Below, piece by piece: positions 17,302-26,004 of a stretch of DNA of 29,229 nt (positions within the stretch are counted from its first letter, which is position 1; every line of letters starts with the position of its first letter). The notes beneath the pieces are model-generated. The model was not told the DNA's origin. It worked only from the letters and a program-made list of their open reading frames with translations, and made no database searches. Made by a program: the position numbers and the translations under genes. This DNA comes from a virus (taxonomy: Duplodnaviria > Caudoviricetes), in IMG/VR virus record IMGVR_UViG_3300005915_000076, positions 1 through 29,229 of that record. One strand, given 5' to 3'.

Positions 17302-17748
17302 TTAGGCCCCTTCAACAGGTAGATAAGGCACACCGTTGATTTTGACAAAATCCTTGCCGGTGACTTTGTAAGGGATCTTGCGCAAGAGTTTCTCGCTGCC
17401 GGCCGGTTTGTGGTTAACCACGTCCGCCAGATACAACTTACAGCCGAAGGCTTCCACCTTCTCTTCGAAACCTTCCACATCGGCAAACCACAAAAAGTCC
17501 TGTAAAGGCATCTGGCTGAACGAGCCTGCATTTTTGGCTGCGGTATTGATCAGATCAAAGTTCTCCAAGTCCACGCTGATATCCCCACTGGCTTTGACAT
17601 CTCCATCGAGATATCCATTAGGCCTGCCGGCGTCCATCGCTTCACTGCCGCCGTCCTCAATCGACAGGGAGACCTCTTCCGCTTCAACTTCGATGCCGGA
17701 GGGCTCCATGGTGAAGCTCATATTTTTTCCGGATATTCTTTTTCCCAT
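17302..17748 (-). CDS. Tail tube protein (DUF2597, HP1-type)
   Basis: KRISGKN...GRPNGYLDGDVKASG...VEAFGCKL...DFVKINGVPYL. Confidence 0.9.
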   Translation of the reverse strand: MGKRISGKNMSFTMEPSGIEVEAEEVSLSIEDGGSEAMDAGRPNGYLDGDVKASGDISVDLENFDLINTAAKNAGSFSQMPLQDFLWFADVEGFEEKVEAFGCKLYLADVVNHKPAGSEKLLRKIPYKVTGKDFVKINGVPYLPVEGA

Positions 17749-17831
17749 GTTGCTCCTTCAAATTGTGGCAGCTTTACTGCCTTTAAATATCAAACGGGAT
17801 CCCGGACCTGAGTCCGGAATGACATTAACGA

Positions 17832-18888
17832 TTATTCAGATGACAGATCCAGCACGATCCCTACCGAGATCTCCTTGGGGCAGTTGTAAGGCTTGACCTT
17901 CATGCCGATAGTGACCTCGGTTTTGCTGGTCCAGGTGATATCGATCGCATTATCCCCAGGCTCCATAATTTCGGCTGGAAACTCGACACCGCCAATCTTG
18001 CCGCTCTTGGCCATGGCCCGCAGAGGTCCGGCAAAATAGGATTTGTGGCTGGCGATGGATTTCTTGGTGCTGTTCAGTTTGCGATCGGCGATACGATTAA
18101 TCGCTTTGATCCGCACCTGACGTGCCGCTTTGTCCACTACACGCAGATACTCAATCACTGAATAATCACCTCCGGCTGCCGACAGGGTGTTGCCGTCTGT
18201 GAAGTAATAGCCGTCAAAATCCTCATACCACTGGACACAGGTAAAGCGTTGACTTTCCAGGGCGGTCACCTGGGTCATGTCGTAAGCCACGCCCGCTGAA
18301 TCCACCGGTTTGGCATCAAGTCCCTGTACCGGTCCGGTGATCACGCGCATGGGAGTATCGGCGATACTGGCCTTGATGGTGGCCAGTCTTCCAGCCAGTG
18401 CTCCAAGGTCCGTTCCAAAGACATTGGACACCACCATCACCCTTTCAGCTGCAACCGTATCGGTAATAGCTGCCATGGCTGCCTGATATTGCGCCCAGGT
18501 TTGGGTGGCCGGATCGATCCCGGCTGCACAACCGATGATAAAAACCCGCCGGGCCAGGCATCACCGGATCCGTGATCACAATATACTCCACATTCTTGGT
18601 GGCCATGGCCAGGTCGATGGCTGCTGCAAAATTAACCTTGTCATCGATGCCGACGGCATAGGCCTGCCAATCACCGCCCCCATTGAGCTGGGCGGCTTCC
18701 AGTTGTTTGACCAGGGTGCCCGATGCTTTCGCTCCCAGTAGATTGACCAGATCCGTCTTGGGACCAATGGCGTTGACAGCATTTCGGCCTGTGGCTGAAA
18801 CACCGACATACAGTGCAGTTCTTTCAATTTCTGCAGTTGGCCCCTGGGCCAGGTTTTCATTTGTGACATTCACTTTTCCGATCGTCAT
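17832..18888 (-). pseudogene. Tail sheath protein (DUF2586, HP1-type), split by a frameshift at ~18560
   Basis: N-part MTIGKVNVTNENLAQG..EIER...TDPV; +1 frame continues LARRVFIIG...SIADTPMRVITG...GGDYSVIEYLRVVDKAARQVR...PYNCPKEI. Confidence 0.8.
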
Positions 18889-18901
18889 GACTTCTCCTTT
18901 G

Positions 18902-19648
18902 TTAACGTTTGCTTAAATAGTGCTGCAGCCGTTCTTCTGCATATTTCATAAGTACGGGCAGATCCTGGCTTGTCACTCCCAACAAATGTCGACTGGGCAG
19001 GTAATAATACGGATTCTTGTTGCCGCCAACCCGGGTGATTTGCATGTCCCATTTAGCGATTGTCCGGCCTGCCTCTGCAGCAGTGTATGCTTCTTGAAAC
19101 AATTTCATCACAGCTCTGCGCTGATTTCGGCCACTCTTCTCGTTTTCCTGAGCAGCACTAACCTGTTTCATAGAAACTTTTGGTTCCGGATCTATACCTT
19201 CGTTGTCCGCCTGCAGCACAAAACTAAAAAGAATTCCGGCCTGCTCATAGGTGCAGGGATCATCGCCCTTGACCCGTTTCTGCCTGCCTCTACCGATACT
19301 GGAGCTGCGGGCGACGAATGACTTTTTCATCTTCACACCGTGATGGTGCTCATAGGCCATTCTCCCTCTAAACCCCTTATAACCGATAACTGCTTCATCG
19401 CCCTGAATTTTGATAAACATGTTCTTGCGCTGTTTCAGTTTCAGGAACATCTTCTTTTTTGCTTCACGCTTGCGACCTACATATTTTTTCCCGGCGAGGT
19501 CGACTTGTTTAGTGACTCTTTTGCGATTTAAGGAGTCCGCTTTTCTGCCGATGGCTGTCATCAGCCAGCGTTGCTTTTTTGGATCCAGGTTGATGAAATC
19601 TTCCAGAAAGGAGTTCAGCTCATTTAAGACCAGCTTGTCTTCAATCAC
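18902..19648 (-). CDS. Virion morphogenesis/tail completion protein (gpS-like)
   Basis: KQVDLAGKKYVGRK...KMF...HHHG...LPSRHLLG. Confidence 0.8.
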   Translation of the reverse strand: MIEDKLVLNELNSFLEDFINLDPKKQRWLMTAIGRKADSLNRKRVTKQVDLAGKKYVGRKREAKKKMFLKLKQRKNMFIKIQGDEAVIGYKGFRGRMAYEHHHGVKMKKSFVARSSSIGRGRQKRVKGDDPCTYEQAGILFSFVLQADNEGIDPEPKVSMKQVSAAQENEKSGRNQRRAVMKLFQEAYTAAEAGRTIAKWDMQITRVGGNKNPYYYLPSRHLLGVTSQDLPVLMKYAEERLQHYLSKR

Positions 19649-19651
19649 GGC

Positions 19652-20143
19652 TTAACTCACATCTATTGGTGGCAGAGTCTCATCATTGTCAGCTGTACTG
19701 ACTTCTTCGTCTCCAAGCTCGTATTCCAGCCCCTTGTATCCAATCCTCGAAGCCTTGCTCCCTTCAGGAGACAATGACAAATGAACCTTTTCGTAAAACC
19801 AAAGATCGATGAACATATTGCTGGTGTCGTCGTCATAGGGAATCCCATTCCAACTGATCTTCGAATTTTCCAGCTCGTCCCGGTCCGGATCGTTCTCCTG
19901 AAGCCAGGTGATAATAAGACCGATCAGCAACCGGATATCGCCGGCGCACTCCTCGAAAACAAAATTGGCATTATAAGTATTCTCGTACAGATAGAGGCCA
20001 TCATCCGCACTAGTGTCGCCCAGATACTCCGGAGTCCCGCTTTCGGCCCATGAGTCGATGTTTTCCGGGTTGCATTTTATACCGGCCTTTTTCAGAACTG
20101 CCGGATCCTTTAAATAGTCAGTCAGGGCTATGAGTTTTTCCAT
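19652..20143 (-). CDS. Tail completion protein (gpR-like)
   Basis: MEKLIALTDYL...IDSWAESG...WLQENDPDR. Confidence 0.8.
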   Translation of the reverse strand: MEKLIALTDYLKDPAVLKKAGIKCNPENIDSWAESGTPEYLGDTSADDGLYLYENTYNANFVFEECAGDIRLLIGLIITWLQENDPDRDELENSKISWNGIPYDDDTSNMFIDLWFYEKVHLSLSPEGSKASRIGYKGLEYELGDEEVSTADNDETLPPIDVS

Positions 20144-20634
20144 TAGACCACCGAGCTGAAGATTCCAGAATTAGATCGGGTCTTGTTTGTGCCCAGGATC
20201 CGCAGAACACTCTCCCGGGATTCGTTGTAATATTCCTGTCGATTCTTATCAATGGACTCCATGAAATCGGTAGCTTCCTTACGTTTGAAAAGAGAGACCA
20301 GCTCCGGATGAAGTTCCCCCATCGCAAAATTGAAGATTGCGCCCTTGTAGTAAAACAGGAGCTCTTTTTCCTCTTCGTCCGTGCCCTCATCAATGATGGC
20401 CTGGGTGACAGCATCCAGGGTGGCATTGCCCGCTTCAACCTGTTCGGTTTTGAAAGCCGCCAGGGACCCGTTGACACGGAAAATAGCACTGACCAGCTTT
20501 CGTTTGACCAACTCCGGAGCCAGATCGGCTTTCACCCTTTTGAGCTCCTGGAAGTCGCTGATCAGAATATCCGGAAAGAATCCATCATTTTTGATGGTGT
20601 ACTCTACCGGATTTGAGTGCGTGCCTCCTAACAT
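20143..20634 (-). CDS. Head completion/stabilization protein (gpL-like)
   Basis: IKNDGFFPDI...Y..AI...VLRILG. Confidence 0.85.
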   Translation of the reverse strand: MLGGTHSNPVEYTIKNDGFFPDILISDFQELKRVKADLAPELVKRKLVSAIFRVNGSLAAFKTEQVEAGNATLDAVTQAIIDEGTDEEEKELLFYYKGAIFNFAMGELHPELVSLFKRKEATDFMESIDKNRQEYYNESRESVLRILGTNKTRSNSGIFSSVV

Positions 20635-20740
20635 GGAAAACCTTTATTCAGATCCAAGCCAGCGGGCGGGCGGTTTACGAGTTTGCAAGGCGATGAATCG
20701 CCGACAAGCTCGAAAGCGCCGCGCCTGGCTGGCCGGGGAG

Positions 20741-21487
20741 TCATGCATTGATAAATTTTCTTTGTGATGAATCCCACGTCTTCTTGTACTTGCCGGCCAG
20801 GATGTTCTGCAGGATGGTGAAGTTCCCCTTGATCTCCGCTCCGTGCCCGAGGGCATCCCGCCCGATTTTCGCTGCTTCCTTGAGCTTCCCCTGGTCGATC
20901 AGGCTGTAAAACATGAAATACCAGTACCCTTCCCGGATCTTCTTGGGCAGCTTCCAGTCCTTGACCGATTTGAAAACCCGGCTAAAATAGGGCTCATATG
21001 AAAGACCCTGGTCCCGTTGTACAGCAGCCCAATCCATAATCCAGTAAAGTTTGAGGATTTGATAATCCTTTTTGGAAATGATTTTCTGCTTTTGAGCGAT
21101 GTCGATCGCTCTGTCGACGATGTCCAGAAAGCCCTCGATATCACCGGTATCAAAAAGCCAGATCGCGTATCCATTGACGGCTAGGCTGTAATCTGTACAG
21201 GCAGCAGAAAGCACCCAATCGACATGCTCTTTGTACTTTTTGATCAGTGCCGCCTTGATCGGCAGCTTGTCCTCAATGGCCAGCCCCTTATAGGTGGCCA
21301 TGTCCGCCTTGACCATTTCATTATAGGCTTTGATGTCCTTGGCCGAAGCAATTACTCCCTTGCTCGGTTGTTTCTTCGGTGCGGATTTCTTTTCTTTTTT
21401 TGGTGTCGTTTTCTTGGCTCCGCCACCTTGTTCCTGCTGCTCATAAAACTTTTTCTGCAGCTTTTTCTGATCGCTCAAAAGTCCCAT
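20741..21487 (-). CDS. Terminase endonuclease subunit (gpM-like)
   Basis: K...LIKKY...V...IWLFDTGDIEG; position after the capsid gene. Confidence 0.78.
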   Translation of the reverse strand: MGLLSDQKKLQKKFYEQQEQGGGAKKTTPKKEKKSAPKKQPSKGVIASAKDIKAYNEMVKADMATYKGLAIEDKLPIKAALIKKYKEHVDWVLSAACTDYSLAVNGYAIWLFDTGDIEGFLDIVDRAIDIAQKQKIISKKDYQILKLYWIMDWAAVQRDQGLSYEPYFSRVFKSVKDWKLPKKIREGYWYFMFYSLIDQGKLKEAAKIGRDALGHGAEIKGNFTILQNILAGKYKKTWDSSQRKFINA

Positions 21488-21521
21488 ATTCTCCCCTGGG
21501 TTATTCGTTAATTTGATTGAG

Positions 21522-21547
21522 AGGGGTGAAAAAAATCATCACCCCTT
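21522..21547 (-). terminator. Hairpin downstream of the capsid gene
   Basis: AGGGGTGA...TCACCCCT inverted repeat. Confidence 0.45.
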
Positions 21548-21573
21548 CAAGCCTTTAACCTTCAGTCTTCAGC

Positions 21574-22839
21574 CTAAGCAGACTGAGTCCGATGCTTGCG
21601 CAGGAACTTGATGTTGTTAAAAACCATCATTTTTTCGATATCCTCAACCACATTGGTGGCTTCGCAGTAGTTCCAGTCGACGTAGCCAACGAGCTCTTCT
21701 TTCTGCTCGGACTTTTTCCGGCGGGAGCCTTCCAATTCGTAATAGGAAAGGTTATCGAAAGAGGTCACCCAGAGACTGCTGGGATTCATACCGAGAATCC
21801 GGTACCCGGGCAGACCGCCATAGGTTTTCAAAGTCGACAGAATAAACTTCTGCTCAGACGGTGTGGCCGGATCCTGGGAGGCAAACAGCTTCTGCTCTTC
21901 AGCCGCCATCACATCCCGCGCCATCATCGTGGCCAGCCCTTTGATCTTGAGCTCGGGAATGCTCTCCACCCCAACTGATGCCAGGTGGTCCAGGTTGGCG
22001 AAATCGGAATACTGGGTAATGGCCGAGTCGGCATCGAACGTTTCCTCCGTATATGCCGAGGTGATCCATACTTCGTGCGCTGTTGAATCGGCCAGCAGGG
22101 TATGTTCCCCGTTATAGTTCGTGGTGCCGGCGATGACGATCTTGGCCCCGATAGCAAAGCCGTGATTGGCCAGGGGGATGCTCACTTTTCCGCCGCCTTC
22201 ATCTGCAGCATCAATTCCATTAATCGGAACCACCCGCGAATCATCACCGATAATGATACAACCGGATCCGGGAATCCATTCGTCAAAAACGTTGTCCGGA
22301 TTTCCGCCATTTTCCGCGGTCTGGGCCATGATTGCCGCAAAACCCAGGTCTACATTAACCAGCTTCAGCTCTTCGGTGGCCTGCGCTCCAGGATCAGCAT
22401 CACGGGCAACACCTCGCAACGCAATTGCCGCATTTTCATCAGCCATCTGCTGCAGGTAATACCCGCGGTAGAACTTCAACAGGTCTTTTTTGTGATGCCA
22501 CTGATCGATTCGGGCATAGGATATGATCGTATCGAACATCCGGATGGCAGTTTGATAGGAGGTTGCCCGGTTGGATGCCAGGTCTTTGGGTGCCCGGGTG
22601 CCTCGGTAGGTTCCGGTTTTGTCGCTTCCCAAAAAGACCTTCTGGCCCGCATTGGCCTTAACAGTGACATGATTGATCCGCTGCAGGAAGTTATTGAACT
22701 CCTGGAGTTCCTTGACAATTTTCTGCTGCTTTTCCGGAGTGATGGAAAAAGAGGCTCTGGGATCTAAAAATCCGTTGGATATGGCCATGGCCTTCATCTC
22801 TTTCTCAAAGGCGACCTGGGCTTTTCTTGACAGTTGCAT
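21574..22839 (-). CDS. Major capsid protein, P2 gpN family, with a ~77-aa insertion
   Basis: FSITPEKQQ, FLQRIN, DTIISYARIDQW, DFANLD, TYGGLP, VTSFDNLSYY...GSRR, VVED. Confidence 0.92.
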   Translation of the reverse strand: MQLSRKAQVAFEKEMKAMAISNGFLDPRASFSITPEKQQKIVKELQEFNNFLQRINHVTVKANAGQKVFLGSDKTGTYRGTRAPKDLASNRATSYQTAIRMFDTIISYARIDQWHHKKDLLKFYRGYYLQQMADENAAIALRGVARDADPGAQATEELKLVNVDLGFAAIMAQTAENGGNPDNVFDEWIPGSGCIIIGDDSRVVPINGIDAADEGGGKVSIPLANHGFAIGAKIVIAGTTNYNGEHTLLADSTAHEVWITSAYTEETFDADSAITQYSDFANLDHLASVGVESIPELKIKGLATMMARDVMAAEEQKLFASQDPATPSEQKFILSTLKTYGGLPGYRILGMNPSSLWVTSFDNLSYYELEGSRRKKSEQKEELVGYVDWNYCEATNVVEDIEKMMVFNNIKFLRKHRTQSA

Positions 22840-22888
22840 ATTGTACTCCGCTTGTGAGTTTGTTTAGTGGTGAAAAACAGATGGCTCC

Positions 22889-23230
22889 CTACCAGCCCCG
22901 CTCGACTCCATCAGAGAAGCCGTTGGCCTTGGGCGTGTCCTCTTCGTCCGGCTGCTCTCCCAGCTCCTCGTTCTCAGCCTCCAGGGTTTCGTTCTTCTCC
23001 TTCAGCTCCTTGTTTTCGGCTTCGAGGGTCTCGTTCTTCTCCAGGACCTTGCCCATCATGCCGATCATTTTTTCGTTCTGGACTTTGATGCCGGAGATCT
23101 CTTCTGCGATCTTTCCGCCATCGGCCTTTGGATCAACGTTCGTTTGAGTTTCTGAGGTTTCTTCATTTCCTGTGCTCGCAGCGGGTTCTGTTTTTTTGCC
23201 TGCAGCTGCCTGGTCCGTTTCTTTCGTCAT
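22889..23230 (-). CDS. Nested in-frame scaffolding protein (Nu3-like), 113 aa
   Basis: AAGGTG-aagcc-ATG at MTKETDQ just after the protease domain; 42-bp repeat coding EKNETLEAEN x2. Confidence 0.55.
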   Translation of the reverse strand: MTKETDQAAAGKKTEPAASTGNEETSETQTNVDPKADGGKIAEEISGIKVQNEKMIGMMGKVLEKNETLEAENKELKEKNETLEAENEELGEQPDEEDTPKANGFSDGVERGW

Positions 23231-24052
23231 GGCTTCACCTTTTAAAGTATTAATGAATAGTGTTCCTTCCAACAATTCGGCCATGGTCCCGGTATCGTCC
23301 ACCATGTCCGCTTTCACAGCCTTCTCCCCTGTCATGATAAATCCCTGCCCGAAATCGCTCTCAACGGCCGCGGCGGTGACGTTTCGGTATAGCGCCACGC
23401 TGTCAATGAACTCGGCTGCAAGTTCATCGGCCAGTCCCTGGTAGGCTTTTTCCCCTTTAGGATCGGCCGGGCTGATATTCTTCAGCGGGGACTGCTTGGA
23501 TGTAATCACGTACTGTTTGTATCCCCTGTTCTCCATGGCCTCGGAGTTGTCCTCGAACCGGAAAACCACACCGATCGAGCCCAAAAGTGCAGTTGGATCG
23601 GCGACGCAGATCCCGCAGGCCGCAAAGATCCAAAACCCGGCACTGGCACACATCCCCTGGGCGTAACCGATGATCTTCTTTTTCGACCTGGCTTCATAAA
23701 CCATCCGCGCAAACTCAGCAATTCCTGTGATGACTCCACCCGGGGTGTTGAAATGCAGAATGATCTGCTTGCATGTTTTATCAGCCAGGGCTTCCTGGAA
23801 ATCGCAAGTCAGGATCTTGAGGTTGGTGCCGAAGTACAGGAGGTTATAAAAGATGGGACCGTTGACGTGGATAATGGTTGTGCTGCCGATCTTCTGAGCA
23901 TAACTGTGCCATTCGCGATCGGTATCTGCCACCAGGGCCTTGGGTTCGACATCCCCTCCCTTACTGGCCACCACTTTGGCAATGGAATCCAGGGCAGCGG
24001 GATAGATTGCCCATGTCTGCGGGTCGACTGTTTTAACCAGGTTCTCTTGCAT
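22889..24052 (-). CDS. S49 (SppA/ClpP-like) prohead protease fused to a scaffold region
   Basis: FNTPGG, CASAGFW, GSIGV, GEKAVKADMVD; acidic coiled-coil C-terminus. Confidence 0.88.
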   Translation of the reverse strand: MQENLVKTVDPQTWAIYPAALDSIAKVVASKGGDVEPKALVADTDREWHSYAQKIGSTTIIHVNGPIFYNLLYFGTNLKILTCDFQEALADKTCKQIILHFNTPGGVITGIAEFARMVYEARSKKKIIGYAQGMCASAGFWIFAACGICVADPTALLGSIGVVFRFEDNSEAMENRGYKQYVITSKQSPLKNISPADPKGEKAYQGLADELAAEFIDSVALYRNVTAAAVESDFGQGFIMTGEKAVKADMVDDTGTMAELLEGTLFINTLKGEAMTKETDQAAAGKKTEPAASTGNEETSETQTNVDPKADGGKIAEEISGIKVQNEKMIGMMGKVLEKNETLEAENKELKEKNETLEAENEELGEQPDEEDTPKANGFSDGVERGW

Positions 24053-24111
24053 GGCTCCTCTTGTTGAAAATTTAACTCCATTTTACCGAGCAAAAAGAGG
24101 GCTGCAAGTTT

Positions 24112-24145
24112 TTTAGGTGTGGAATAAAGCTATTCCACACCTAAA
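24112..24145. promoter_or_regulatory. Perfect 15-bp-arm palindrome in the divergent late promoter (candidate Ogr-like activator site)
   Basis: TTTAGGTGTGGAATA-AAGC-TATTCCACACCTAAA, midway between protease and terminase starts. Confidence 0.65.
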
Positions 24146-24204
24146 GTTTTTCAAGTTTGTTCGGGATTGAATTATGATGAGCACAAACATTGGAAAGGAG
24201 AGCT

Positions 24205-26004
24205 GTGGCCCATACAAAAGAGCAAATCAAACAGGTTGGAGAGCTGACCAAGAAAGGGCTTACTTCGGCGGCCATTGAACGGCAGACAGGCGTGGCCCCC
24301 AAAACCCAGCGCACCTGGCGCAGGAAATATGGCTGGGTGGCTGATTCTGATATCGTTAAGCAGCTGGAGTACCGGATCCAGGAACTCACGTTTTTGGAGA
24401 AACCCTCTAAAGAGCAGGTCAATCTTCTCGGCACTCTCATTGACAAGCTGGGAAACCTGAATGCCCAAAAAGAGAGAGCCGAGGAAAGGCTGGTCAAGCC
24501 CAAAGCTGAAGGCGGAGCGTTACGGAAGAAGAAAAACAACTTCTATGGAATTGATCTCGAGCAGGTTGGGCTGCCTCCCTTTTTCGAATACCAACAGGAG
24601 TTTCTCGACGATCTGGCCCGGGATCGTTTTTACCTGAAAAGTCGGCAGATCGGATTCTCCTGGGTGGTGGCCTGGGAAGCCCTGGTTGATGCCATGAAGT
24701 CCGGGAAGAACAAGATCTTTATCTCGGCATCCAAGAACCAGGTGGGGCAGATCCGGACCTACGTTAAAGAGTTCTCGATCAAGTACTTCAAGGTCCAGCT
24801 CACCGGTACCGACAAAATCACCATCATTAATCCCGAAGGGGACCTGGTCGAGTTTCATTTCCTGTCGACCAACAGCACCACCACCCAATCCTATCACGGC
24901 GACTTATATATTGATGAGTTCTGCTGGATTCCAAACCTGCGGGATCTGCTCGATACCGCCCTGGCCCAGGCAAGTCACAAGCACTACCGGATCACCTATT
25001 TCTCAACACCGTCGGTTAAGTCTCATTACTCCTATAATATCTGGGAGGGGTTGAACGAGTACGGGAAAAAGATGGATGATGAGATCTCCCGCAAGGTCAT
25101 CACCATTTACGACGCGGAGAGAATGGGCTGCAACCTGTTTGATATGGACCGGCTTAAAAAGCGGTTTACACCTCGTCAGTTTGCCTTCCTGTTTCTGTGT
25201 GAATGGATCGACGATGAGGGCTCGATTTTCAAGATGGCCGATCTGGAGGCGTGCTACTACCAGACAAAAGTCCTCAACGAAGAGGGAAAGAAAGTTCTGG
25301 AGGATGCTCAGCTGCCAGGTTATCGAAAAGCAGACGGCAACCCTGTCTATATCGGGTACGATCCCAACGGTGGAGGAAAGAACGGCGACTCGGCCTCGAT
25401 AGCTGCAGGCGAACACCGACCGGAGAAACTCAGGATCGTGGGCAGTCATACCTTTAACAATAAGTCCATCAACTGGCAGGCCGCCACCATTAAAAAATGG
25501 GTCAAGCGATACAAGGCCGGATTCCTGGGGATTGATGTCACCGGGATTGGGGAGGCCGTCTACAACCTGATCAAGGATCTGCCCCGGGAGGTGGATTGGC
25601 CGTTGACCATCAAGCGGTTCACTTACGATCGCGAAAACAAGATCAACCTGATCCTGCACATGGAACGGATCGTGGCCGGCAAAAAACTGGAGTTTGACTC
25701 GACCGAAAAGATGATCCTGCAGTCGTTTCTGGCGATTAAAGCCACAACGACCGGAGCCGGCAGATCAACCATCATAGCGGACCGCAAGAAGGGGATCGGG
25801 CATGCGGACCTTTTCTTTGCGATCGCTCACCTGTCATACAACTTTCCCATCGAAAACTCGCAGTTAAGATCTGCGGTTCCGGTGGGGGTCTCCAGCGGAT
25901 CCCCGTCCGGACGTCGAACGTCAAAACTTAATTCTTCAGGAATGAAGAAAACCCCAACATCAACAACTATAGGAGTCTCCCGTGGCAGCAAAAAAGCATC
26001 GTGA
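24205..26004 (+). CDS. Terminase large (ATPase) subunit, P2 gpP family
   Basis: N-terminal HTH, LKSRQIGFSW, LYIDEF, STP, IGYDP, GIDVTGIG, HADLFFA; GTG start at 24205 after AGGAG. Confidence 0.95.
   Translation: MAHTKEQIKQVGELTKKGLTSAAIERQTGVAPKTQRTWRRKYGWVADSDIVKQLEYRIQELTFLEKPSKEQVNLLGTLIDKLGNLNAQKERAEERLVKPKAEGGALRKKKNNFYGIDLEQVGLPPFFEYQQEFLDDLARDRFYLKSRQIGFSWVVAWEALVDAMKSGKNKIFISASKNQVGQIRTYVKEFSIKYFKVQLTGTDKITIINPEGDLVEFHFLSTNSTTTQSYHGDLYIDEFCWIPNLRDLLDTALAQASHKHYRITYFSTPSVKSHYSYNIWEGLNEYGKKMDDEISRKVITIYDAERMGCNLFDMDRLKKRFTPRQFAFLFLCEWIDDEGSIFKMADLEACYYQTKVLNEEGKKVLEDAQLPGYRKADGNPVYIGYDPNGGGKNGDSASIAAGEHRPEKLRIVGSHTFNNKSINWQAATIKKWVKRYKAGFLGIDVTGIGEAVYNLIKDLPREVDWPLTIKRFTYDRENKINLILHMERIVAGKKLEFDSTEKMILQSFLAIKATTTGAGRSTIIADRKKGIGHADLFFAIAHLSYNFPIENSQLRSAVPVGVSSGSPSGRRTSKLNSSGMKKTPTSTTIGVSRGSKKAS

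Noticed and set aside
17800-17817. GGACCnGAGTCC shared with the 3742 hairpin as a binding motif
   Set aside because: Both are explained as ordinary GC stems with tetraloops
5125-23444. Many + strand ORFs opposite the late operon (e.g. 6176..6928, 15849..16568, 22102..22767)
   Set aside because: Antisense shadows of well-supported - strand genes
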